Positions 38,372-47,952 of a stretch of 51,435 nt of DNA are shown one piece after another; position 1 is the first letter of the stretch, and each line of letters begins with the position of its first letter. A program made the translations under genes and the position numbers. Origin of the DNA: Acidobacteriota bacterium (lineage in GTDB: Bacteria > Acidobacteriota > Vicinamibacteria > Vicinamibacterales > UBA2999); NCBI GenBank assembly GCA_016190945.1, contig JACPPO010000146.1, positions 1 through 51,435 on the forward strand, given 5' to 3'. The notes beneath the pieces were generated by a model that did no database searches, was not told the DNA's origin, and saw only the letters and a program-made list of their open reading frames with translations.

Positions 38372-38444
38372 GCTGAAAGTCGCAGGTCCAAGGTCAAAGG
38401 GCAGGAGTCAAATCGACCTTTACGTTTCACCCTTTGATTTACGG

Positions 38445-40307
38445 TTATTCCTCGATCGTCAGCGTCAAGATGCGCGATCCGGTCACCGCGTGTCCGGTCG
38501 CAATGTCCCATTCGCCAAGCATCGCGCTCTGCAGCGGCCTGAAGCTGCCGCCGTTGCGATCGGATTCCATCACGGCCATCACGGAGGGAGGCAGCGCCGA
38601 GAACGATTCGCCCTTGACGACGGCGCCGCGATCGCGGCCGAGGAGGCGGACGTACAGGCGGTTGTTCTTGCGCGTGTTGTTCAGGACGCGAATCATCTGC
38701 GGCAGACCGCGCGTCTGGAGCGGTTGAACGTGCAGCTCCCGCGCCTCCCACTGCGATAGCCGGGTGCCGTCCGCCACCATGATCGACACCGGGCCGCTGG
38801 CGCTGGCCGGAATCGTCACCGGCAACGTTCTCGTGATTTCCTCACCGCGATACGTCCGCAGCAGCATCTTCAGATCCACCGTGGCGCCGGGCTTCGGGCG
38901 GTTGCCGTCGATCCACACCCGCTCGAGCGTGGCGCTGCGTGGCTGCTCACTCGCGTCGATCTCGAGATCAAGCCGCTCCAGCTCCACGTCTTCAAACGCG
39001 TTGCGAAGCAGGAAATTGATGGGAGCCACGACATACGCCGCCGCGCCGATCGAAGGCTGATCGCCCGTGAAGAGGTCCTCAAACGCCACGTTGCCGTATT
39101 TCTTGATGGACGCCGTGCCGCGGACGACATAGCTGGCCGCGCCGTTCTGGCGCTCGTACGAGCTGAGCGTGTTCAGGATGGAGAGGTACGCCAGCAGGGG
39201 AGTAAAGAGCTGGTCGTTTACCATTGCCATGTTGAACGTCTTCTTCGTCCCTCGCTCCGACGTCAGGCTGATCCGGACGGGGATGAGTGCCGGGCCCGGA
39301 CCGAGCGTCCCCGCGATCGTGGTGGCGCGATCTTGTTGGACGGTCCCAATCACCTCGCCGGTGGTGGCGATCTTCATCGAATTCGCGAGGCTCGGCAGCA
39401 CGGCAAGCACGCGGGCGCGCGTCATTGGGAACTGCGTCGGCCCAAGCCCGTGGAACGGATGGCCGAAGGCATAGACGCGATCGCCGTCCACCTCCGTCAC
39501 GGTGCCGGTCGCACCAAGTTCGAGATCGCCGCTCATAAGGGCGATACCGACGGGATCGCCGGGTCGTAGGGGTGGTGCCGCTACGGGCAAAGCCCCTCCG
39601 GCTGTCTGCGCAGGTCGTGGCGCGACGAGCGAGGACCCTCCCATCACCGGGACGAAACCCCGGTCGCGGAAGGCGGAAGCGATCGGATCGATCACATCCG
39701 CGTCAAATCCGCCGAGCGACAGCGGCGTGGCAATCGGATGAAGCAACGTCCCTATGCCGGCGTTCAACGTGGCGCCGCCGAAGACCCGCACGTCGGCCGG
39801 GTTGTCGGCAAACGGCCCCGTCCAGCTGAACGCCTGGCGGAGCGAGGCGCTCAGGCTTTCCGGTGTGAGCGGGAACCGCAGCTCAACGCGCGCGGCCTGG
39901 CGCCGCGGGCCGGCAAACGTCGCGGCTTCGGTCATCTCGTCGATCGGCGTAATGCCGGCAATCGGCTCCTTCGAAAACTGGCCGAGTGAATACGAAACGG
40001 CGCCAACCAGGCGGCCGTCGATGTACACCGGGCTGCCGCTCATGCCCGCAATCACGCCCGTGTTGGCGAGCGGGCCGCCCTCGAGCCGCGCCAGGATCAG
40101 GTTGCGGCGCGTGCCGATGACGTTGTGCAGCACCCCGAGGATGTGGACCTTGAACTCGTCGAGACGGTCGCCTTCGAAGACGGTCTTGCCGATGCCCACC
40201 ATCCCGGCTTTCAGCTCATCCACGGGAAAGGTCCGGCTCTGGGCCGGAAGGCCGGCGGCCAGGAACAGGAGCAGGGCCAAGGCAGAGGCGAGAGATCGTA
40301 TGAACAT
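38445..40307 (-). CDS. SpoIVB-like peptidase S55 domain protein, exported
   Basis: Signal peptide, GMVGIGKTVFEG, IAGMSGSPVYIDGRLVGAV, AFGHPF. Confidence 0.88.
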   Translation of the reverse strand: MFIRSLASALALLLFLAAGLPAQSRTFPVDELKAGMVGIGKTVFEGDRLDEFKVHILGVLHNVIGTRRNLILARLEGGPLANTGVIAGMSGSPVYIDGRLVGAVSYSLGQFSKEPIAGITPIDEMTEAATFAGPRRQAARVELRFPLTPESLSASLRQAFSWTGPFADNPADVRVFGGATLNAGIGTLLHPIATPLSLGGFDADVIDPIASAFRDRGFVPVMGGSSLVAPRPAQTAGGALPVAAPPLRPGDPVGIALMSGDLELGATGTVTEVDGDRVYAFGHPFHGLGPTQFPMTRARVLAVLPSLANSMKIATTGEVIGTVQQDRATTIAGTLGPGPALIPVRISLTSERGTKKTFNMAMVNDQLFTPLLAYLSILNTLSSYERQNGAASYVVRGTASIKKYGNVAFEDLFTGDQPSIGAAAYVVAPINFLLRNAFEDVELERLDLEIDASEQPRSATLERVWIDGNRPKPGATVDLKMLLRTYRGEEITRTLPVTIPASASGPVSIMVADGTRLSQWEARELHVQPLQTRGLPQMIRVLNNTRKNNRLYVRLLGRDRGAVVKGESFSALPPSVMAVMESDRNGGSFRPLQSAMLGEWDIATGHAVTGSRILTLTIEE

Positions 40308-40447
40308 CGGCTGAAGGCTCAACCTTGAAGATACGGGTAAACCGCTGAAACTGCAAGGCCCGAAGCCCTGCGCTGACGACCTCTCCAAAGCCCAATGAGC
40401 GGAGGGAATGATTGTAGGCAACCCTTGGATCCGGAGCCCTCTGCCCG

Positions 40448-40477
40448 TTGACAGCCGCAGAACCTCTGCGATACAGT
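40448..40477 (+). promoter_or_regulatory. sigma70-type promoter of the aro/trp operon leader
   Basis: TTGACA-N18-TACAGT. Confidence 0.6.
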
Positions 40478-40496
40478 CAGTCCAGTCTTCACGCTC

Positions 40497-40589
40497 ATGC
40501 CGCATCGCTTTAGCTTTTTCCCGTCGCCGAGCTACGCCAGCTACTGGTGGTGGTATCGGACTGCGACTGAAGGGGCGGCCGGCGTCTAA
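40497..40589 (+). CDS. Aromatic attenuator leader peptide, MPHRFSFFPSPSYASYWWWYRTATEGAAGV
   Basis: ATG 40497 to TAA 40589; 3 Phe, 3 Tyr and three tandem TGG; overlaps antiterminator strand. Confidence 0.92.
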   Translation: MPHRFSFFPSPSYASYWWWYRTATEGAAGV

Positions 40590-40616
40590 GACCCGCACGA
40601 CGAACTGAGCCTATAC

Positions 40617-40658
40617 GACGCCTCTTCAGCCCCTGGTTGAAGAGGCGTTCTTGTTTTT
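40617..40658 (+). terminator. Attenuator terminator of the aro/trp operon
   Basis: GACGCCTCTTCAGC-ccctg-GTTGAAGAGGCGTT then CTTGTTTTT, directly before ATG 40659. Confidence 0.9.
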
Positions 40659-42140
40659 ATGACCCATTCGCTGCTATGCGAAACGGTGACCGGCGACACC
40701 ATGGCCGAGCTGACCGCGGCGCGCGGACGTGCGGCGGCGGCTGACATGGTGGAGTTGCGCCTTGATGGCGTGAGGGATCTCGACGTGGCGCAGGCGCTCC
40801 ACGGCCGGCGCGCCCCGGTCGTCGTCACGTGCCGCCCGGCCTGGGAGGGGGGTCGATTTGACGGCAGCGAGGAGGAGCGGCGCGCTGTGCTGGCGAGGGC
40901 GCTGACGCTTGGGGCTGAATACGTGGACCTCGAATGGCGGGCTGGGTTCGACGATCTCGTCCGCGCGAACGGCTCGAGAGTCGTCGTCTCGTCCCATGAT
41001 TTTGCCGGCGTGCCGGACGACCTCTCCTCGCGAGCGCGGGCGATGCGGAGCACGGGCGCAGCGGTGATTAAGGTGGCGGTGACCGCGGCGCGGCTCTCCG
41101 ACACGCTGCCGCTGCTCGAGATCGCGAAGGGTGGCGACGCCGTGGTAATCGGCATGGGTGAGGCCGGCGTGCCGACGCGGCTCCTGGCCTCGCGATTCGG
41201 ATCGCGATGGACGTATGGAGGCGACGCCGTTGCGCCAGGCCAGATACCGACTACCCGCATGGTGGAACAGTTTCGGTTTCGAGCGGTTGGCGCAAGTACC
41301 GCACTGTACGGGGTCGTCGGCGGTAACGTGATGCAGTCGGTGTCTCCGGCTATGCACAACGCCGCGTTTGCCGCGGCCGGACTGGACGCGGTGTACGTGC
41401 CGCTGCGTGCGGCGGATTTTGCCGACTTCCTCGTCTTCGCCGATGCACTGGGCATCTCCGGTGCCAGCGTAACGATCCCGTTCAAGCTCGCCGCGCTGAC
41501 CGCATCGGTGAGTTCCGACGACCTGGCGTGCAGGGCTGGCGCGGCGAACACGATCCGGCGGGTTCACAGCGGGTGGGAGGCGACCAACACGGATATAGCC
41601 GGCTTCCTCGAGCCGCTGGATGCCGTCTGGGGCGCCGACGCTCCGGAGGCGGGGGCGGACCTGAAGGTTCGCCCCTACGCAAGCGTGCGCTTCTCAGTCC
41701 TTGGGGCCGGCGGCGCCTCGCGGGCGGTCATCGTGGCGCTCACGTCGAGAGGCGCCCGAATCACCGTGCATGCGCGCCGCCAGGATCAGGCACAGGAGGT
41801 GGCCGCGTCAACGGGCGTCGAGGCAGGGCCGTGGCCTCCCGCCGCGCGGTCGTGGGACGTGCTCGTCAACTGCACGCCGCTCGGAGGTGCGTCCGCGCCC
41901 GATGCGTCGCCGCTACCGGGCGGGCCGTTCGACGGCCGTCTCGTGTACGACCTGACCTACCGGCCCGGGGAGTCGCTCCTGGTTCGAGAGGCTCGCCGCG
42001 CCGGCCTCCGGACGCTTGATGGCCTGCCGATGCTCGTGGCGCAGGCCGAGCGGCAGTTCGCGTGGTGGACGGGGCGGCGCCCCGCGCGGGGTGTGATGCA
42101 GGCGGCCGCTCTCGCTGAGACAAGCCACAGAGGCGACTGA
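40659..42140 (+). CDS. aroE: Fused type I dehydroquinate dehydratase / shikimate dehydrogenase (AroD-AroE)
   Basis: VELRLD, WEGG, SHDF, IGMG, APGQ, then SPAMHN, SVTIPFK, NTD, GAGGA, DGLPMLVAQA. Confidence 0.93.
   Translation: MTHSLLCETVTGDTMAELTAARGRAAAADMVELRLDGVRDLDVAQALHGRRAPVVVTCRPAWEGGRFDGSEEERRAVLARALTLGAEYVDLEWRAGFDDLVRANGSRVVVSSHDFAGVPDDLSSRARAMRSTGAAVIKVAVTAARLSDTLPLLEIAKGGDAVVIGMGEAGVPTRLLASRFGSRWTYGGDAVAPGQIPTTRMVEQFRFRAVGASTALYGVVGGNVMQSVSPAMHNAAFAAAGLDAVYVPLRAADFADFLVFADALGISGASVTIPFKLAALTASVSSDDLACRAGAANTIRRVHSGWEATNTDIAGFLEPLDAVWGADAPEAGADLKVRPYASVRFSVLGAGGASRAVIVALTSRGARITVHARRQDQAQEVAASTGVEAGPWPPAARSWDVLVNCTPLGGASAPDASPLPGGPFDGRLVYDLTYRPGESLLVREARRAGLRTLDGLPMLVAQAERQFAWWTGRRPARGVMQAAALAETSHRGD
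41652..41678 (-). repeat. GTAG-type REP-like hairpin inside aroE
   Basis: Minus strand GTAG-GGGCGAACC-ttca-GGTCCGCCCC; read in frame as GADLKVRPY. Confidence 0.8.
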
Positions 42141-43606
42141 TGCACATCACCACGTTCGAGCAGTTTCGGGATCTGGCCCAGCGCGGCACGTTCGTGCCGG
42201 TCTACAAGGAGATCGTGGCCGACCTCCTGACCCCGGTCTCTGCCTTCCTGAAGATCGCGGAGCACTCCGATTACGCCTTCCTGCTCGAATCGGTCGAGGG
42301 CGGCGAGCAGGTTGGGCGCTACTCGTTTCTTGGCAAGGACCCGTTTCTGATCCTGCGATCGCGTGGCGGCAAGACGATCGTCGATCGTGCCGGCCAGACG
42401 TCCGAATCCGACAGGCCGTTCGTGTCGGCGCTCCGCGAGCTGATGACAGGCTTTCATTCGCCCTTTGTGCCTGGCCTGCCGCGATTCACCGGGGGCGCGG
42501 TCGGATATCTCGGCTACGACGCCGCGGCGTGGTTCGAGCCCGTGACGCTCCAGCCGGCAACCGAGGTCGAGGATGAAGCGGGTTTCATGCTGTTCGACAC
42601 CGTGCTCGCCTTCGACCACGTGCGGCACCGGATCCTGATCATCGCCAATGCGCGTATTACCGGTGATGAGGATCTCGAGTCGCTCTACCAGTTCGCGCGC
42701 GCGAAGATCGAGTTCGTCGAGCGGGAACTAGAGCGAACGCTGTCGAGAGCCGCGCCCGCTCAGCGTCAGCCGCTCGATATCGTGTCGAACGTCACCCGCG
42801 ACGAGTTCGAGCGGGGGGTTCGCACTGCCAAGGAATACATCGGAGCCGGTGACATCTACCAGGTTGTCTTGTCGCAGCGATTCGAGACGCGGTTCGACGC
42901 GGACCCCTTCACGGCGTACCGCGCGCTCCGCCATGTGAATCCGTCGCCGTACATGTATTTCCTCCGCATGGGCGGCCGGGCCATCGTCGGGTCATCCCCC
43001 GAGATGCTCGTGCGAGTGGAAGGGCGGTCGATGCAGACGCATCCGATTGCCGGGACGCGTCCCCGCGGCCGCACGGAGGAAGAGGATCTGCGCCTCGCGG
43101 AGGAGTTGAAGCGCAGCGAGAAGGAGCGAGCCGAGCACGTCATGCTCGTGGATCTCGGTCGCAACGACTTGGGCCGAGTGGCCGCGTACGGCACCGTGAA
43201 GGTGCCGACCTATATGACGCTCGAGCGGTACTCCCCCGTCATGCACCTGGTGTCGATCGTCGAAGGGCGCCTCTCGGACGAGCACGATCGGCTCGATGCG
43301 CTGGTGGCGTGCTTTCCGGCCGGCACCGTGTCTGGTGCGCCGAAGGTGCGCGCCATGGAAATCATTGCCGAGCTCGAGAACCGCCGGCGTGGCGTGTATG
43401 CCGGGGCGGTTGGCTACCTCGATTTCGCCGGCAACCTCGATTTCTGCATCACGATTCGTACAGTCGTCATTGAGCACCGCCGCGCCTACGTACAGGCCGG
43501 CGCGGGCATCGTGGCGGATTCGAACCCGACGGCCGAGTACGAGGAGACGCGCGATAAGGCACGCGCCATGATTCAGGCGCTGGAACTGGCGCAACAGGGT
43601 CTGTGA
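42140..43606 (+). CDS. trpE: Anthranilate synthase component I
   Basis: LLESV, GDIYQVVLSQR, NPSPYM, KERAEHVMLVDLGRND, FPAGTVSGAPK. Confidence 0.96.
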   Translation: MHITTFEQFRDLAQRGTFVPVYKEIVADLLTPVSAFLKIAEHSDYAFLLESVEGGEQVGRYSFLGKDPFLILRSRGGKTIVDRAGQTSESDRPFVSALRELMTGFHSPFVPGLPRFTGGAVGYLGYDAAAWFEPVTLQPATEVEDEAGFMLFDTVLAFDHVRHRILIIANARITGDEDLESLYQFARAKIEFVERELERTLSRAAPAQRQPLDIVSNVTRDEFERGVRTAKEYIGAGDIYQVVLSQRFETRFDADPFTAYRALRHVNPSPYMYFLRMGGRAIVGSSPEMLVRVEGRSMQTHPIAGTRPRGRTEEEDLRLAEELKRSEKERAEHVMLVDLGRNDLGRVAAYGTVKVPTYMTLERYSPVMHLVSIVEGRLSDEHDRLDALVACFPAGTVSGAPKVRAMEIIAELENRRRGVYAGAVGYLDFAGNLDFCITIRTVVIEHRRAYVQAGAGIVADSNPTAEYEETRDKARAMIQALELAQQGL

Positions 43607-43691
43607 GGGTTCGACGGTGCGAGAGTGCGATCGTGCGATGGTGCGGTGACGGGTCTGAAGTTGACGCCGTCGCACCTTCGCACCCTCGCAC
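43605..43691. repeat. Inverted array of GTGCGA / TCGCAC 8-mer units between trpE and trpG
   Basis: ggttcgac ggtgcgag agtgcgat cgtgcgat ggtgcgg ... tcgcacct tcgcaccc tcgcac. Confidence 0.85.
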
Positions 43692-43703
43692 GGGAAGCGT
43701 TCG

Positions 43704-44270
43704 ATGGTACTGGTGATCGATAACTACGACTCGTTTACCTACAACCTCGTGCAGTATCTCGGCGAGCTGGGCGCGGAGATCCGCGTGCATCGCAACGACG
43801 CGGTGACACTGGACCAGGTGGCTGCGATGCAGCCCGACCGGATCGTCATTTCGCCCGGTCCCGGCCGGCCGGAGGATGCGGGGGTGACGGTTGACGTCAT
43901 CCGCCGGTTTGGACCAACGACCCCGATTCTCGGAGTCTGCCTCGGGCATCAGGCGATTGGCGTGGTCTACGGCGGTACCGTGTGCCGCGCGAAGACGCCG
44001 ATGCATGGCAAGACGTCCACCATCATGCACGATGGCAAGGGCGTCTTCAGGGGGATTGGCGAACCCTTCCAGGCCGGCCGCTACCATTCGCTGATCATCG
44101 CCAGCGGCGACGTGCCGGCCGACCTCGAGGTCGCGGCGCGGACGCGCGAGGAGGGCATCATCATGGCCGTGCGTCACCGGACGTACCCGGTGCACGGCGT
44201 GCAGTTTCATCCCGAGTCGGTGCTGACCGACGAAGGGCGACGGATTCTGCAGAATTTCCTGGACTTGTGA
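43704..44270 (+). CDS. trpG: Anthranilate synthase component II
   Basis: IDNYDSFTYN, SPGPG, GVCLGHQ, RYHSL, QFHPES. Confidence 0.96.
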   Translation: MVLVIDNYDSFTYNLVQYLGELGAEIRVHRNDAVTLDQVAAMQPDRIVISPGPGRPEDAGVTVDVIRRFGPTTPILGVCLGHQAIGVVYGGTVCRAKTPMHGKTSTIMHDGKGVFRGIGEPFQAGRYHSLIIASGDVPADLEVAARTREEGIIMAVRHRTYPVHGVQFHPESVLTDEGRRILQNFLDL

Positions 44271-45292
44271 TGTTCACGGAGCTGCTCGAGAAGGTCGTGC
44301 GTCACGAGGACCTCACCGCAGACGAGGCGGCCGGCGCCATGCGCGAGGTGATGGAGGGACGCGCTCCCGCAGCGTCGCTCGCGGCGCTGCTCCTGGGGCT
44401 CGTGATGAAGGGCGAGCGGCCTGCCGAGATCGTGGGGTTTGCGCGGACGATGCGTGAGCAGGCGGTGAAGCTGTCGGCGCCGGCCGGTGACGTCTTCGAC
44501 ACGTGCGGCACGGGCGGCGATCGGTCCGGCACGTTCAACATCTCGTCCGCGGCAGCACTCGTCGTGGCCGCTTGCGGCGTGAAGGTGGCCAAGCACGGGA
44601 ACCGCTCCGTGTCGAGCCGGTGCGGCAGTGCCGACGTGTTCGAGCAGCTCGGCGTGAACATCGCGGCGGCGCCGGCGGTGGTGGAGCGGGCACTCCACGA
44701 CGCCAACATCGCTTTCTTCTTCGCGCCGACATTTCATCCGTCGATGAAGCATGCGGCTCAGACACGGCGCGAGCTTGGCATCCGCACGGCGTTCAACCTG
44801 CTCGGGCCGCTGACCAACCCCGCCGGTGCGCGGCGGCAGATTGTCGGCGTGCCGCGGCCGGAGCTCACCGAACTGCTGTCCCGCTCGCTGCTGATGCTCG
44901 GGTCGGACCGCGCGTGGGTGGTCCACGGCGCGGATGGCATCGACGAGATCTCGACGACAGGGTACACGAAGGTCTCGGAATGCCGCGCCGGCGCGGTGAA
45001 CACCTTCTACATCCATCCGGCCGATTTCGGGCTCTCGAAGGCGACGCCGGCTGATCTCCAGGGCGGGGACGCGGCGCGGAATGCCGCTATCGTGCTGGAG
45101 ATTCTCGGTGGCACGCGCGGCGCTCCGCGCGACGTGGTGCTCCTCAATGCCGGTGCCGCTCTGTTCGTGGCCGGCCGTGCTGCCAGCGTGAGCGAGGGGA
45201 TCGCTCGTGCCGCCGAGGCCATTGATACCGGCGCCGCGCACGCGACGCTCGATGGAATGGCGCGGAGCTCCCACGCGGAGGCTGCCGTATGA
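44270..45292 (+). CDS. trpD: Anthranilate phosphoribosyltransferase
   Basis: [32 protein letters not shown]; TGATG coupling with trpG. Confidence 0.96.
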   Translation: MFTELLEKVVRHEDLTADEAAGAMREVMEGRAPAASLAALLLGLVMKGERPAEIVGFARTMREQAVKLSAPAGDVFDTCGTGGDRSGTFNISSAAALVVAACGVKVAKHGNRSVSSRCGSADVFEQLGVNIAAAPAVVERALHDANIAFFFAPTFHPSMKHAAQTRRELGIRTAFNLLGPLTNPAGARRQIVGVPRPELTELLSRSLLMLGSDRAWVVHGADGIDEISTTGYTKVSECRAGAVNTFYIHPADFGLSKATPADLQGGDAARNAAIVLEILGGTRGAPRDVVLLNAGAALFVAGRAASVSEGIARAAEAIDTGAAHATLDGMARSSHAEAAV

Positions 45293-46086
45293 CCGGCGCG
45301 CCGGACCTCCTGGGCACGATTGTCGCGGCCACTCAGCGCGTCATCGAGGTGCGGCGCGAGCGAGAACCGGCGGTGACGTTGGAGAAGCGGGCCGCCGCCG
45401 CGTTACCATCCGGTGCCAGATTCGAACGGGAGCTGGGGGCGGCCGGGCGCGTGAACGTCATCGGCGAGTGCAAGAGGCGGTCGCCGTCAAGAGGCGTGCT
45501 CGCGGCGGAATACGATCCCGCGTCGATCGCGCGGCTCTACGAGCGTGGTGGCGCCGCGGCGATTTCGGTCCTCACGGAGCCGACGTTCTTTGACGGGGCG
45601 CTCGAGCATCTGACGGCCGTGCGGCGCGCTGTTTCTCTGCCGTTGCTCCGCAAGGACTTTATCGTCGACGACTACCAGCTGTTCGAGGCGCGCGCCGCCG
45701 GTGCCGACGCGATCCTGCTGATCGTGGCGGCGCTCGAGCAGCCCGACCTGGTGCGGCTGCAGGCCCGCGCGTGGGAACTTGGCCTCGCCGCGCTGGTCGA
45801 GGTGCATGACGAAGAGGAGTTGACCCGCGCCGTCGACAGCGGCGCGCGCCTGATAGGCGTCAACAATCGAAACCTCCGCACGCTGCAGGTGGACATCGAC
45901 GCGTCATACCGCCTGGGCGCCAGGATTCCACCCGGAGTCATCGGGGTGAGCGAGAGCGGCCTCCGGTCGCGTGCGGATCTCGAGCGTCTCGCCGCAGCCG
46001 GATATCGCGCATTTCTGATCGGTGAACGGTTCATGACGGACGTGGATCCCGCACGTTCGATCGGCGAGCTGACCAGATGTTCCTGA
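45289..46086 (+). CDS. trpC: Indole-3-glycerol phosphate synthase
   Basis: [30 protein letters not shown]. Confidence 0.96.
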   Translation: MTGAPDLLGTIVAATQRVIEVRREREPAVTLEKRAAAALPSGARFERELGAAGRVNVIGECKRRSPSRGVLAAEYDPASIARLYERGGAAAISVLTEPTFFDGALEHLTAVRRAVSLPLLRKDFIVDDYQLFEARAAGADAILLIVAALEQPDLVRLQARAWELGLAALVEVHDEEELTRAVDSGARLIGVNNRNLRTLQVDIDASYRLGARIPPGVIGVSESGLRSRADLERLAAAGYRAFLIGERFMTDVDPARSIGELTRCS

Positions 46087-46694
46087 AGGTTTGCGGGATT
46101 ACCCGGCTCTCGGATGCGCTCCATGCCGTCGAACATGGCGCCGGTGCGCTGGGCTTCGTGTTCTGGCCGCAGAGCCCCAGGTATATCAGCCCGGAGCGCG
46201 CCGCCGAGATCATCGCGGCGCTCCCCCCTGACGTGGACGCGGTCGGCGTGTTCGTGAACGAGTCTGTGGACGGCATCAGGGCGGTGGTCGCCAAGACCGG
46301 TATCGGCGTTATCCAGTTGCACGGCGACGAGACGCCCGCATACGCGGACAAACTGGGCTGGCCGGTGCTGAGGGCCATTACGGTCGAGCAGGCGGAACAG
46401 GCGGCTGTCGCCTGGCCGCCGGAGACGATCTTTCTGATGGACTCGGTGGACCCGGCCCGGCGCGGCGGCACCGGCTCCACTCTCGATTGGCGGCAGGCGG
46501 CGTCGGCGGCGCGCGGCCGGCGCGTCGTGCTGGCGGGCGGATTGACGCCGGACAATGTGGCCGAGGCGATTGGCACGGTACGGCCGTTCGGCGTGGACGT
46601 GTCGTCGGGCGTTGAGGATGCACCCGGTGTGAAGAATCCGGACAAGGTGGCGCGCTTTCTGACGCGCGCGCGGAGTGCATTTGACAAACACTAA
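46077..46694 (+). CDS. trpF: Phosphoribosylanthranilate isomerase
   Basis: [33 protein letters not shown]. Confidence 0.96.
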   Translation: MFLKVCGITRLSDALHAVEHGAGALGFVFWPQSPRYISPERAAEIIAALPPDVDAVGVFVNESVDGIRAVVAKTGIGVIQLHGDETPAYADKLGWPVLRAITVEQAEQAAVAWPPETIFLMDSVDPARRGGTGSTLDWRQAASAARGRRVVLAGGLTPDNVAEAIGTVRPFGVDVSSGVEDAPGVKNPDKVARFLTRARSAFDKH

Positions 46695-47952
46695 GTCGGC
46701 GAAGGGGGTCAGACCCTATGACACGACTCGACTCATGGGGTCTGACCCTCCTGTGTTCGGGCGGCGTGACCCGGATGCACGCGGGTACTTCGGCGCCTAC
46801 GGCGGCCGTTTTGTGCCCGAGACGCTCGTTGCGCCGATCGAGGAGCTCACGGCGGGCTACCTCGCCGCGCGCGCCGACGCGGTGTTTCGCGACGAACTGG
46901 ACGGCCTGCTGAAGCACTACGTCGGCCGCCCGACGCCACTCTACGAAACGCGCCGGCTGGCAGGCGATCTGGGTCGAAAGGGGCGCATCCGTATCCTCCT
47001 GAAGCGCGAGGACCTGACGCACACCGGCGCCCACCAGATCAACAACGCACTCGGGCAGGCGCTGCTCGCAAAGCGCATGGGCAAGCGGCGTGTCGTCGCT
47101 GAGACCGGCGCGGGCCAGCATGGCGTGGCGACGGCCACCGCGTGTGCGCTGCTCGGCCTCGACTGCTGCGTCTACATGGGGGCGGAGGACATGCGGCGCC
47201 AGGCGCTGAACGTCGTCCGCATGCGGCTGCTTGGCGCGGACGTGCGCCAAGTGGACGCCGGCAGCCGCACGCTGAAGGACGCGATCAACGAAGCCATGCG
47301 CGACTGGGTGGCCAACGTGACGGACACTTATTATCTGCTCGGCTCCGCGCTTGGCCCGCATCCGTATCCGCTGATGGTGCGCGAGTTTCAGTCGGTCATC
47401 GGCCGCGAGGCGCGGAGCCAAACGCTCGACCAGGTCGGACGTCTCCCGGACATTGTCGTGGCGTGCGTCGGCGGCGGCAGCAATGCGATGGGGATCTTTG
47501 ACGGCTTCCTGGACGATAAAGACGTGCGGCTCATCGGCGTCGAGGCGGGCGGCGAGCGGATCGCGCCGGGCCGACACGCGGCACGCTTCGCCGGCGGCAG
47601 TACGGGCGTGCTCCAGGGCACCCGCACCTTCATCTTGCAGGACGAAGCGGGCAACATCGAATTGACACACTCCATTTCGGCGGGTCTCGATTACGCGGCC
47701 GTCGGGCCCGAGCATGCCTGGCTACGGGACCTCGGGCGCACCGAGTACGCTCACGTGTCCGACGCCGAAGCGCTCGAAGGGTTTCAGACGCTCGCGCGGC
47801 TTGAGGGCATCCTTCCGGCGCTCGAGTCGGCGCATGCGATTGCGTACACGATGAAGCTTGTGCGCGACGTGGCGGACGGTACCATCATCCTGATCAACCT
47901 CTCGGGACGCGGCGACAAAGACGTCCAGAGCGTCGTCGAGGCGCTTCGATGA
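46681..47952 (+). CDS. trpB: Tryptophan synthase beta chain; PLP lysine appears as Gln
   Basis: [18 protein letters not shown](Q)[31 protein letters not shown]. Start TTG 46681 after GGAG, or ATG 46735. Confidence 0.93.
   Translation: MTNTKSAKGVRPYDTTRLMGSDPPVFGRRDPDARGYFGAYGGRFVPETLVAPIEELTAGYLAARADAVFRDELDGLLKHYVGRPTPLYETRRLAGDLGRKGRIRILLKREDLTHTGAHQINNALGQALLAKRMGKRRVVAETGAGQHGVATATACALLGLDCCVYMGAEDMRRQALNVVRMRLLGADVRQVDAGSRTLKDAINEAMRDWVANVTDTYYLLGSALGPHPYPLMVREFQSVIGREARSQTLDQVGRLPDIVVACVGGGSNAMGIFDGFLDDKDVRLIGVEAGGERIAPGRHAARFAGGSTGVLQGTRTFILQDEAGNIELTHSISAGLDYAAVGPEHAWLRDLGRTEYAHVSDAEALEGFQTLARLEGILPALESAHAIAYTMKLVRDVADGTIILINLSGRGDKDVQSVVEALR
46704..46748. repeat. Inverted pair of GGGGTC(A/T)GACCC palindromes at the trpB 5' end
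   Basis: GGGGGTCAGACCC-20 nt-GGGGTCTGACCC. Confidence 0.8.

Noticed and set aside
40308-40598. Longer start (717 aa) for the S55 peptidase
   Set aside because: Runs through repeats and the opposite-strand leader; the signal peptide begins at ATG 40307.
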